DNA of 62,879 nucleotides, filler included, from Stramenopiles sp. TOSAG23-2 (Eukaryota): NCBI GenBank assembly GCA_900128395.1. It is 8 parts of 8 records of this genome, joined end to end, with 100 filler letters (N's around TTAATTAATTAA, not from the genome) between each part and the next. Parts side by side here need not be neighbours in the genome. Positions count along the whole stretch, not along the records: positions 15,800 to 23,573 come from LT650275.1; positions 23,674 to 31,444 come from LT650276.1; positions 31,545 to 39,315 come from LT650277.1; 5 more parts are not named here. One strand, written 5' to 3'. The position numbers and the translations under genes are program-made. Under the pieces are notes generated by a model. That model was not told the DNA's origin, did no database searches, and was given only the letters and a program-made list of their open reading frames with translations. This document shows, in pieces, positions 21,952-31,804 of the stretch. Position 1 is the stretch's first letter. The number at the start of each line of letters is the position of its first letter.

Positions 21952-22070
21952 TAATTATATTATAGGTAAGTTTCATGTGACACACACACACACACACACA
22001 CACACTACATACACACTACATACATACCGACATATTGATGTATATAGCATATTGAAGAAGATCATATTTA

Positions 22071-22162
22071 TTTCAGAATGATTAAGAATTATTTTATCTA
22101 CATTGTGTGAGTCTACGGACGTTGAACTGAAAAACTTAACTTTGGAGACCTAATGACTGAAT
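22071..22162 (+). ncRNA. Box C/D snoRNA, U34/snR62-like, with a second guide
   Basis: Terminal stem TTCAG/CTGAA; box C ATGATTA (22078). Guide TTATCTACATTGT plus D' GTGA is antisense to conserved LSU ACAAUGUAGAUAA (D'+5 gives U). Guide CTTTGGAGACCT before box D ATGA (22153) is antisense to LSU AGGUCUCCAAGG. rRNA sequences are recalled, not searched. Confidence 0.75.
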
Positions 22163-22225
22163 TATTTATGATTCTATATATAATAGATCAACAATATATA
22201 CATACATATATAACGGAAAAGCGAA

Positions 22226-22307
22226 CAAAAGAATGATTAATCTTTTGCCGCCCCAGTCCAACTAAACCGTGGGGATATCGCAAGTTATCTATTTTGTATG
22301 ACTTTTG
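22226..22307 (+). ncRNA. Box C/D snoRNA, U31/snR67-like (P-loop Gm)
   Basis: Stem CAAAAG/CTTTTG, extended by AAAAGCGAA/TTCGCTTTT; box C ATGATTA (22233). Guide TGCCGCCCCAGT plus degenerate D' CCAA is antisense to LSU CUGGGGCGGCA; D'+5 hits the second G, the E. coli Gm2251 equivalent. Box D ATGA (22298) is preceded by ATCTATTTTG, antisense to LSU CAAAAUAGAU. Confidence 0.75.
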
Positions 22308-22368
22308 ATTTCGCTTTTTCTTAATGTTACATTGAAATAGAACATTTTGTATTCCAAAAATATCATCA

Positions 22369-22449
22369 CCAATGAGGATCAAATTCTTAGGACACCTTTG
22401 AACCTATTTATAGGTACTGAAACGTATAAACTGTGTTATCTTACTGAGG
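22369..22449 (+). ncRNA. Box C/D snoRNA, U58-like D' guide plus snR68-like D guide
   Basis: Box C ATGAGGA (22372). TTCTTAGGACACCT-TTGA is as in SNORD58, antisense to LSU AGGUGUCCUAAG. CTGTGTTATCTT-a-CTGA (D at 22444) is antisense to LSU AAGAUAACGCAG. Flanking stem TTTGTATTCCAA/TTGGAATACAAA (22346/22466). Confidence 0.8.
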
Positions 22450-22597
22450 AATGATTGGAATACAAACTATTTATGTACATTTTACCTCACCTATCCCTTC
22501 CATTGAAATGCTTATTGATATTGTAAATAATACGTACCATAGTATATGCATTATGTATACGTGTATAGAAACGAAATATATATTTAAATAAAATAGA

Positions 22598-22709
22598 AAA
22601 TCCAGATGAAGATACAATTTAGATGACGAGTCCGACGAAAGATTAGGCGCGTTATGCGTTTAATCATTCAAAAACTGAGCGACAAACGAGGCATTTGTCT
22701 GATGGATTT
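22598..22709 (+). ncRNA. SNORD15: Box C/D snoRNA U15 (SNORD15) homologue
   Basis: Stem AAATCCA/TGGATTT; box C ATGAAGA; GATGACGAGT-CCGA (D'); internal hairpin GATTAGGCGC/GCGTTTAATC; ACGAGGCATTTGT-CTGA (D). The box C variant and both guides match the recalled U15 layout. Confidence 0.88.
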
Positions 22710-24063
22710 ACATATATATATGCAATTTTTAAATACATACATACATACATACGTATATACTGCAATATTATTAAAGATGTTATGGCATTATCAATCTATG
22801 TAAAGCATTGTTTGTCAGGTTCGGTCTAGATTATTATTTCAATTAGATATATGAATTTGAAACAAGGCAAGAGCAATGTTTGTATCTTGGGATTTGCATG
22901 GAGATTAGATAATCCACGTCTCTTTTTTTGCATTATAGAGCAACAACATTATATGTACCTATATATATTATACACACGCACACACAAAGGACCCTTTCAA
23001 TTTATCTTACACAAAAGGAGTATTTTCTAACATTATATCCATATATATATCCAATTATTGTTTTAAATAATAGAAATGTAAAAATGTGTATGATACGAGA
23101 ATAATATAATGTGATTGTATTTGCAAATGAATGTGTATGTATCATTACCTTATATATATACAAGATATGGTTAAAATCGAAAGTTAAATAAATAATTTTA
23201 CTTCTCGTGGTGGTAATAAGAAAAAAATGTATTGATAATATACACTGATATTCATGTGTGAAAAAATATTTTACATGATATATATAAAAAAACTAGAGGA
23301 ACATAATGATATATTTATCATGTACTCGTACATTATCATAAAATAAAGTACGACGTATAATTTATGGTATAATAAACTTAGATTTTAACCATCAATCTAT
23401 GATATTATGCATAGTTAGAATAGTAATAATAGACATAGATAGTAATAATATTATAAATATATCTCATAAAATAAAAGTAATAATTTTAAATACATACACG
23501 AAGTAATAAAAATATAAAATATATGACCCACCGGCGATAAGATCCGTACGATTTGGGTAAATACCTTACAACGNNNNNNNNNNNNNNNNNNNNNNNNNNN
23601 NNNNNNNNNNNNNNNNNTTAATTAATTAANNNNNNNNNNNNNNNNNNNNNNNNNNNNNNNNNNNNNNNNNNNNGATTTCTACCTTTTTTTGATCAAAATC
23701 AATAGTGAGTAGTTATAAAAATTAACATAGACACAGCATAGTCTAAAGAAGGCGGCACGTGATGATGTACTGTTCTCTGGACACCGAGGCATTTTAATTT
23801 CCTGGTCCAAATCTACGTTTTCCAGATTTAGATGTGATGTGTGCATCATGTGATTTGATGAATGTAAATGCTGGAATGATGAATAATTAAAATAATAATA
23901 AATAGTCTAATAAATATATTAAATTATATAGACTAAATATAAATCAGAGAAAAACAAAGAGTAAGTAAGAAATATATATATATATATACAGTACTAGAGA
24001 TTGGCATTACAACACACATATATACAATAGATATAATAATAGAAGACATTTACACTTGTCAAC

Positions 24064-25338
24064 ATGGTGTTGAATCCAACATTTTTGGCACAACAACAAA
24101 ATAATAATACATCATCAAATGGTACTAATACACCTACTTATATGATAGAATGTGCAGGTCCTGATGGTAAATTAATAACACACTTACCAACTTATTTTCC
24201 CGTCTTTAATTGCATCGATGAATCCATACATGGTAATTCAGATGCATCATCTAATTCAGATCAAGGTATTTGTTTTATATGGGGTTGTTTATTGTCAGTT
24301 ATTTTAACGTTGTTATCGGCTGGCACTTTTATAGCTTTTTTATTATTATGTCGTTCACATATTATTGTTGATGGTTCAAGGACAACTAAATTAATTTTTT
24401 TCTTTTCATTTTCGTCATGTGGTTTATTTTTATTGCAACAAATTTTTGATGGTGATCCACATATAGCGGCAGTAGGCGAATTAATAGAAGGTTCTGTATC
24501 AATTTGTGTTGCATTTGTATTGGCGTCGTTATTATGTCGTATATATGAAAAACCAAAAAATATTGTATATGTTGTCATGCCATTGTTTAGTGTAATTATT
24601 TTAGCAAATTTAATTATCTTCATATGTGGTTCCTTTGGTACTTTTACTAGCAAACGTAATCATGTTTTAGATTGTCATGATCCAACATGGATATTATTTA
24701 ATGTATTAGACTCTATTTTATGTACTTTTAGTTTGCTTGCTGCATATGGTATATCAAGAAAAATGAAAAAGATGTTAATTAGTGAAAATTATCGAAAGCG
24801 AAAGACGAAGCAAATATGGATCGTTGCAATAATATATAGTTTATCTACATATGTTACATTGATTTATTCCATCACTAGATATGTAAATAGTTTTAAAGAT
24901 GAAAATGAAAATATTTGTGATCATTGGGAAATTGAAAAAGTAGAAAATTCAACTGTGAAAGATGCATTATCGAAATTATCGTTTGGGGTATTAATGTACA
25001 TAGTGGATACATTTGTACCCATGTGGGCAGTGGTCATATTGATTCGTGATTTATTTCCAGCAGATCGTTCCTCAAGTAGTGGGCGTAGTTCTAGTTGGAG
25101 TGGTGAAGAATATATTGGTCGGCCTGGTGGTAGTTTTTTAGGACGTACAAGTAGTTTATTAAATGATGATAGTTTATTAAGCACAGTTATGGAAGGTGAA
25201 GAAGATGCTGAGGATGGTAATAATGGTGGTGGTAGAGTATTATCTACCCGTGATTTAATATTAGACAGATCTTATAGTAAAGATGGTGGTCAATATTTAT
25301 CAAGTAAAAGTTCTCAAAGTTATAGTTTAACTGGGTGA
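24064..25338 (+). CDS. Multi-pass (~7 TM) membrane protein, GPCR-like/TOM1-GPR137-like topology
   Basis: Seven hydrophobic segments, a basic loop between TM5 and TM6, and a Ser-rich cytoplasmic tail. Family not firmly identified. Confidence 0.6.
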   Translation: MVLNPTFLAQQQNNNTSSNGTNTPTYMIECAGPDGKLITHLPTYFPVFNCIDESIHGNSDASSNSDQGICFIWGCLLSVILTLLSAGTFIAFLLLCRSHIIVDGSRTTKLIFFFSFSSCGLFLLQQIFDGDPHIAAVGELIEGSVSICVAFVLASLLCRIYEKPKNIVYVVMPLFSVIILANLIIFICGSFGTFTSKRNHVLDCHDPTWILFNVLDSILCTFSLLAAYGISRKMKKMLISENYRKRKTKQIWIVAIIYSLSTYVTLIYSITRYVNSFKDENENICDHWEIEKVENSTVKDALSKLSFGVLMYIVDTFVPMWAVVILIRDLFPADRSSSSGRSSSWSGEEYIGRPGGSFLGRTSSLLNDDSLLSTVMEGEEDAEDGNNGGGRVLSTRDLILDRSYSKDGGQYLSSKSSQSYSLTG

Positions 25339-25523
25339 GAAGATGATGTTTTTTACTTAAATACGAAATCGTATTGATTTTGTCAATTGATATATATATA
25401 TCAAAATATATATTATATTCACAGAATTTTATTGTTTAAAATAGAGAGATATTAATTTTTGAGCTGATAAAAATAAATTAAAAATAAAAAAATACACACA
25501 CACATTCAAAAAAATACGACGTT

Positions 25524-25584
25524 CATATGATATCATATGATATGATATGATATGATATGCATATGATATGATATGATATGATGC
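25524..25584. repeat. (ATATG)n microsatellite between convergent genes
   Basis: catatgatatcatatgatatgatatgatatgatatgcatatgatatgatatgatatgatgcata. Confidence 0.85.
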
Positions 25585-25725
25585 ATACGTATGATACATT
25601 TTAAATTAAATATAAAAAATAAATATATATATATTATATTTAACTGAACACGTACAATTGACATTTAAAAAGAAACACACACACACACACACACACTACA
25701 CACTCTCTTCTTTTTTTTCGCTTCT

Positions 25726-26352
25726 TTACGCATTCAATTGTGCTCTTAATTTACGCAATGCTTCTGTATTTTCTTCTTCTTTCTCTTCACTAAGTTCATC
25801 AACTGCTGTTGTTTTACCAACTACTCCCATATCATCAATTGCACTTGCAATTTCTAAACCATGTTCCGAAGCAACTTGTTCCATTAATTGATCTACTTCG
25901 TCTATTGGTGTAGTAGATGCTTGAACGCCACTCATAGTTTGATCCATATACTCAGCTTTAATATCCAGTTCATCAAACATGGTTTCAAATTGCGACATTG
26001 TATTTGTAAGCTTATCGACATCCATGGCTTTCATAGCATATTCCATACCTTTAACAGTACTTGCCATTTGTTTAGAAACTTGTTTCATTCTTTGTGCAGA
26101 CTCTAACTTTGCAGCGACAGCGTCTAACTTTGACGATAAACCTAACATTTTAATACCTGTCTTATGGTCAGTAATGGCCATTTGTGCATATTGTTTTGCA
26201 ATATCCATGTTTCCGTCTTCAATGGCCTTTTTAACCTCTTGACGACGCTTTTTGCTTTGTTTTTCATATTTTTGATATCGTTTTTGTAATTGTTTTGAAG
26301 TAAATTTCATATTAAATATTTCATTTTGAATATTCGAACCAGAGTTCCCCAT
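25726..26352 (-). CDS. CHMP1: ESCRT-III subunit CHMP1/Did2/Vps46
   Basis: From ATG 26352: MGNSGSNIQNEIFNMKFTSKQL..KKAIEDGNMDIAKQYA..LSSKLDAVAAKLE..STTP.DEVD.LM.QVA.EHGLE. The C-terminus has a MIM1-like EALRKLRAQL (208 aa). Confidence 0.92.
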   Translation of the reverse strand: MGNSGSNIQNEIFNMKFTSKQLQKRYQKYEKQSKKRRQEVKKAIEDGNMDIAKQYAQMAITDHKTGIKMLGLSSKLDAVAAKLESAQRMKQVSKQMASTVKGMEYAMKAMDVDKLTNTMSQFETMFDELDIKAEYMDQTMSGVQASTTPIDEVDQLMEQVASEHGLEIASAIDDMGVVGKTTAVDELSEEKEEENTEALRKLRAQLNA

Positions 26353-27091
26353 AATGATATAGCGAATTAAGACAACAATTATGAATGTATATGTATATAT
26401 ATATATATGCGTGTCACTCACTCTTTGCACATATCTCTTCTTCAAAGAATTAGTAATATATTTATTATATATATTTTGAAAAACGTCAAAAATATGGACG
26501 AACAATACATCATATATATATATACCTTTATTAATTGATGAAAAAATTATTAATACTTTTATTCTCTGTATAGTATTATATACCAGGTAGAGTATAGTAG
26601 TACTGTAGTAATTATGATGTGACCATCTTATTATTATAAATACTAAAAAATGATGTGATGGGTTTTTAGTTATGCCAGTATAAGGTCTGCACGTCTGAAT
26701 GAAAATATGTTGAAGATAGTTCTAATAGTATACACAGTATTATTTGTATTATACTACTTAGTATACCAATATGGCCTAGTAGTATTATCTCGACCATTTT
26801 TTGTTGTGGTGTTATATACCTGGTATTATAGTGCATTTTTTTTTATATAATTATAATAGGTGCATAATATATAGTAGCTTGTTGCAATCATCATTTGGCA
26901 TTAATTCATCCTCCAGGCAATAATTATTTCATACGACTAAAATAAATATATGTATAAAGTTCATTTAAGATGTTGTGTATAGATATATGTACATATATGT
27001 TGGACAATTATAAACATACATAATAACATATTATATATTATAATATAGAACTAATTCAAGAATACAGAAAAGAAGAAAAGCGCGCGTGTGC

Positions 27092-27124
<33 letters not shown>

Positions 27125-27176
27125 GTTATATAGATCGATAGATACTACTATATACTACAATAATATAATATATATT

Positions 27177-28676
27177 ATGTCGTCGACGAAATTACGAGAT
27201 AATGCATTAGATTTAATTGGAAAAGCTATTAAAAAAGATCATAAAAAAGCGACGACGAAGGAAAAAACGGAAGCATTGCATCTGTATATTCAAGGTTTAG
27301 AAGCGTTAAAAAAAGCAATCAAATATGAAAAACTTCCAGCAATTATTAATCAATTGAAAGCATATTCTGATACACAAGAAGAGCGTTGTAAACAACTTTT
27401 GGAAGAAATTAAAAATCCAGGTTCAACATCAGCATCTTCAGGTAGCAGCAGCAGTAGTAGTAAAACGAACAATGATAATGATAAGAAATCATCGGAAAAA
27501 AAAAATGGGAATGACGATAGTGAAAGTAGTAAAAATAAAGATGGCGACAACGATGATGAAGATGGTAAAGAAGCAGAAGCAATTGATCCTGAAATGGCGA
27601 AATTACAAAAAGGTCTAGCTGGGGCTATATTAGGTGAAAAACCTGATGTCAAATGGGATGATGTTGCTGGTTTAGATGCAGCAAAAGCAGCTTTAAAAGA
27701 AGCTGTTATTTTACCAGCAAAATTTCCACAATTGTTCACTGGGAAACGCAGGCCATGGAAAGGCATTTTATTATATGGTCCACCTGGAACAGGGAAATCA
27801 TATTTAGCAAAAGCAGTGGCAACGGAGGCGAAATCAACTTTTTTTTCTGTCTCTTCATCTGATCTTGTATCGAAATGGCAAGGGGAGAGTGAAAAATTAG
27901 TGAAAAATTTATTTGAAATGGCACGTAAACGCAAGCCAGCAATTTTGTTTATTGATGAAATTGATTCTTTATGCGGTGCACGTGGGGAAGGTGAAAGTGA
28001 AAGTTCAAGACGAATTAAAACAGAATTTTTAGTACAAATGCAAGGAGTTGGCCATTCACATGATGGCATATTAGTTTTAGGTGCAACAAATACACCATGG
28101 AGTTTAGATCCTGCTATGAGACGTAGGTTCGAAAAACGAATTTATATTGCCTTGCCAGATGAAGAGGCCCGTGCAAGAATGTTTGATATACATTTAGGAT
28201 CTATGGAAAATACATTGAATAAACCAACAGATTATGATAAATTAGGTGCGTTGTCCGATGGTTATTCTGGTAGTGATATTAGTGTTGTAGTTAGAGAAGC
28301 TTTGATGGAACCTGTGCGTGAATGTCAACGTGCAAAATTTTTTCAGATAACAAATGATCAAATGTTAGCTCCAGTGACAAAATATCCACCATGCAGCCAA
28401 TGTCCAATGAAATTCGATAATGATAATGAGCCGGATAATTGGACATTTGATTTTATCAATCGACAACATCCACGTAGATGCAATAGATGCGGTTGCATAC
28501 GTATGAGGTTGATGGATCGCGCATTTATACCTATGGCAGATAAATTAAAAGTGCCAGATGTTGCTTTTAAACATTTTAAACATGTTTTAGATCAAGGTGG
28601 TGGTGCAACAGTTGGCCCAGATGAATTGACAAAATTTGAGAAATGGACGGAAGAGTTTGGACAGGAAGGAGATTAA
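27177..28676 (+). CDS. VPS4: AAA+ ATPase VPS4
   Basis: N-terminal MIT domain; [62 protein letters not shown]-terminal [10 protein letters not shown]. Confidence 0.97.
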   Translation: MSSTKLRDNALDLIGKAIKKDHKKATTKEKTEALHLYIQGLEALKKAIKYEKLPAIINQLKAYSDTQEERCKQLLEEIKNPGSTSASSGSSSSSSKTNNDNDKKSSEKKNGNDDSESSKNKDGDNDDEDGKEAEAIDPEMAKLQKGLAGAILGEKPDVKWDDVAGLDAAKAALKEAVILPAKFPQLFTGKRRPWKGILLYGPPGTGKSYLAKAVATEAKSTFFSVSSSDLVSKWQGESEKLVKNLFEMARKRKPAILFIDEIDSLCGARGEGESESSRRIKTEFLVQMQGVGHSHDGILVLGATNTPWSLDPAMRRRFEKRIYIALPDEEARARMFDIHLGSMENTLNKPTDYDKLGALSDGYSGSDISVVVREALMEPVRECQRAKFFQITNDQMLAPVTKYPPCSQCPMKFDNDNEPDNWTFDFINRQHPRRCNRCGCIRMRLMDRAFIPMADKLKVPDVAFKHFKHVLDQGGGATVGPDELTKFEKWTEEFGQEGD

Positions 28677-29431
28677 AAACCGAAAAGGATTATATTATAT
28701 ATATTTTCTTAGACTAAAAAAAATATTTTTTTTTTTAAAAATTCAATTTAAATTGCAATTGTGAAGTTTTTTAAAGATATTTCCGTAGATCCCCGGAGAA
28801 TATCACGTGCTCACCATAGCTTACCAGCTTAGCTCTACCTTAATCTAGGTCTTAGACTTTTCAAAGAAAAGTCGTCTAAGTTATTACCAGTTTACCTGAG
28901 TTCCTATCGATAGTGTAGCAACGTATATTAATATACGAGGATATAATACCTTAAACATTTCATCACTGTCCACCTCTCTCTGCTGTCCACTGTCGTCTTT
29001 AGTGTCTTAAAAAATATCTTAACCTGCGGGCTGGAGACAAAGTACCATGTGGATCCATATTGACACCTGTTATTACTATTTATTATTATTATTACCTGTA
29101 CTGCTGCTACTAAACTGGTATACTATTATATGATAAATAATAATATATATATATAGTTAGTTGTTATAATAAAATAAATATATATAATAATATTAACAAA
29201 GGAAGAAACTAGATGTACATTCAATATATATATATATATATATATATTTACGCAACAAGATAAGTAAAGAGACGTCAGAATATTAGCATATAAAAAAGGT
29301 AATCGATTAATTCGTTCGCGTATTGTCGGTAAATATAGATATATAAACATTGCCATATTATTTGATTGTTTTTTTTTTATTAATTATAGGCTTAGTCCAA
29401 TAAATTTTGTAATATTTTGTGTGAACCAAAG

Positions 29432-29468
<37 letters not shown>

Positions 29469-29469
29469 T

Positions 29470-31137
29470 ATGACGTCTTTATCAGATGTACCGGAAGATC
29501 GTGCAGATGGATTAATTTGGCATGGTCGATATGATGAAGCAGAAGAAATACTTAATGGCCTACCGGATACTAGTGTGAGAAAAAAATTATCTATGGTATC
29601 TTTAAGATGGAACTATTCAATAACAACGGGAAGTGTTGAAAGTTTAGACGAATGGCAAAAAAGTTTAGATGAGGCTCTTGCACTGTGCCAAGGCGATAGT
29701 ATATTAGGTGCAGTGACTGGATGGGTTGGTGGGATGTTTGCAAACGCGGACGAAACTGAAGAAATGAAAAAATTGGAAAAACAAGCAGCTCGAGTTATCT
29801 GTAATATCAATTATTGCATGGTCAGTTTTTTACGGGATGAAAAATTAAATGCAGGTTTATATTTAAAAAGTGCATTTTCAGACGTTGCTAGTTTGCCTGA
29901 AAATTTAGAAGGCGAAGGTAACCGTGCACGTTTCATACGAAGTGTGCGTAAAACATGGCTTGGATGCTTTAATTTATTTTTAAGTTACATACCAAAAGAT
30001 TCATGGGAAAATTTTATAGTTGGTGCGATTGGTTTTGAAACAGATCGTGAGAAAGGCAAAGACTTGTTAAAAAGAGCATCGAAAGAAAAAGGACAACATT
30101 CCATGCCATATGCAAAAATGTTTTTAACATTACAAGGTTTAATAGAAGCATCGCAAGATTTTCGTGCTGGGAAAGACGAAGCTTTAAAAAGCGCATTCCA
30201 ACGAATGGAAGCAACATGTAAACAGTTTGGAAAGGCTCCTATGTATCATTGGATGACGTCGCAATTGCAACGAGTATCTGGTAACATCGATAAAGCGTTA
30301 GAGGAGATGCAAGCTGTGAGGGAAGGCATACAAGATATCGCAAATAAAAAACCGGTATATAGGATACAAAAAGAAATTGCTTGGTGTTATTTTGTTAAAG
30401 GTGGTGAATTCAATAAAGTAGTTGAATTGACGAAAGACCATGCATTTGAACGGAACCATGTTATGAGAGCATGGGTAACATGTTTGGCTGCATGTGGATA
30501 TGGAATGATAGACGATGAAGAGAATTATCGTAAATATTTTGGTGTGTTTAAAGAGGATGATGAAATGTTACGCACAAATCTCGATAGACAATTACGAGCG
30601 GTTGCTGAATTTTTCTTAACTATGAAAGATACAAAATTAGCATATATGACATTATTATTTCATTTTAACCAGATGAATGGGCAAAAACCGACAGAATGGT
30701 TTCAGCAATGGATACCATATTTAACAGTAAACGATAAAGAGGATGGAAAAGAGAAAGCAAACGAGTTTGATAATTTGGAAGATATGGAAAATGCATTACG
30801 TTGTTTTTTACGATCAGTAGTATATGCAGGGGTAGGCGAGGAAGATAAAGCAGAAGCTGGTTTTCAAGCAATTATCGATCAATATGAAAAATCATCATCT
30901 CATGGAGAGTATTTTTTTGTACCAAACGCATATTATGAATTGGCTCAGTATAAGTGTAGACGTCATATATTTGCTAATGCTAAAGAATTATGTCAAAAAG
31001 GAAAAGCATTTTCTGGATTTCATTTTTACCAAAATTATAGTATGAGACTTAAATCACTAGCAGATTATGTAGATGACATGATGAAAACGGTTTCAGAAAA
31101 AGGTGTTCAAGATACTGGTGGAATTGATGATTATTAA
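29470..31137 (+). CDS. TTC39/IML2-family TPR protein
   Basis: GCFNLFLSYIP..IGFETDREKG..LL and YFFVPNAYYELA match the TTC39/IML2 pattern; helical TPR-like composition. Confidence 0.75.
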   Translation: MTSLSDVPEDRADGLIWHGRYDEAEEILNGLPDTSVRKKLSMVSLRWNYSITTGSVESLDEWQKSLDEALALCQGDSILGAVTGWVGGMFANADETEEMKKLEKQAARVICNINYCMVSFLRDEKLNAGLYLKSAFSDVASLPENLEGEGNRARFIRSVRKTWLGCFNLFLSYIPKDSWENFIVGAIGFETDREKGKDLLKRASKEKGQHSMPYAKMFLTLQGLIEASQDFRAGKDEALKSAFQRMEATCKQFGKAPMYHWMTSQLQRVSGNIDKALEEMQAVREGIQDIANKKPVYRIQKEIAWCYFVKGGEFNKVVELTKDHAFERNHVMRAWVTCLAACGYGMIDDEENYRKYFGVFKEDDEMLRTNLDRQLRAVAEFFLTMKDTKLAYMTLLFHFNQMNGQKPTEWFQQWIPYLTVNDKEDGKEKANEFDNLEDMENALRCFLRSVVYAGVGEEDKAEAGFQAIIDQYEKSSSHGEYFFVPNAYYELAQYKCRRHIFANAKELCQKGKAFSGFHFYQNYSMRLKSLADYVDDMMKTVSEKGVQDTGGIDDY

Positions 31138-31804
31138 TAACTAATTAACGAAGCACCTGGAACGAACTGTTGTCATAAAATTTATTTTTTCCAGTGCTGT
31201 GTGTGTGTGTGTGTATATATATAATATTATATATTTTTATATTAAAATATATTTTTTGAATTGTACTTGGAATAAAAATAATTACGTTTTTCGTACGTCG
31301 AAAAAAGAACATATCTCATCTATTTCATTATTTTACGCATTTAATTTATTTTTTTATTTTTAAATATAAATAAAATTTTAATGATATATTATAATTTACG
31401 CATTAATTTATTTTTAATTTACTCATGATAATTCCTACTCTTCANNNNNNNNNNNNNNNNNNNNNNNNNNNNNNNNNNNNNNNNNNNNTTAATTAATTAA
31501 NNNNNNNNNNNNNNNNNNNNNNNNNNNNNNNNNNNNNNNNNNNNGGACAGGGGTTCCAGCCTCATCGGGCCTTTCAGGTTAGATTAATAGCTAAAAAAAA
31601 AAGATATATATATAATATCTACAGTAGAATATATACATACACATACATCATATTACAATGCAGTTGCTCTATAAAAATATACATCAGTATATACTATCAA
31701 TAAAGATCAAAAGATATAAACTAATACCAAGAAACCCAGATTATTAAATAAAAAGAACAAAAATATTCCTTTGTATTGGCAATCATAATAAACATATAGT
31801 AACA

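Noticed and set aside
26353-26505. N-terminal extensions of CHMP1 (and likewise 6140..6229, 41943..42035) from the ORF track
   Set aside because: Non-ATG starts in AT-microsatellite or UTR-like sequence; the downstream ATG fits better.
27350-28069. Long antisense ORFs (also 8529..9230, 46343..46957, 44407..44898 and others)
   Set aside because: They are shadows of real genes on the opposite strand, with no independent motifs.
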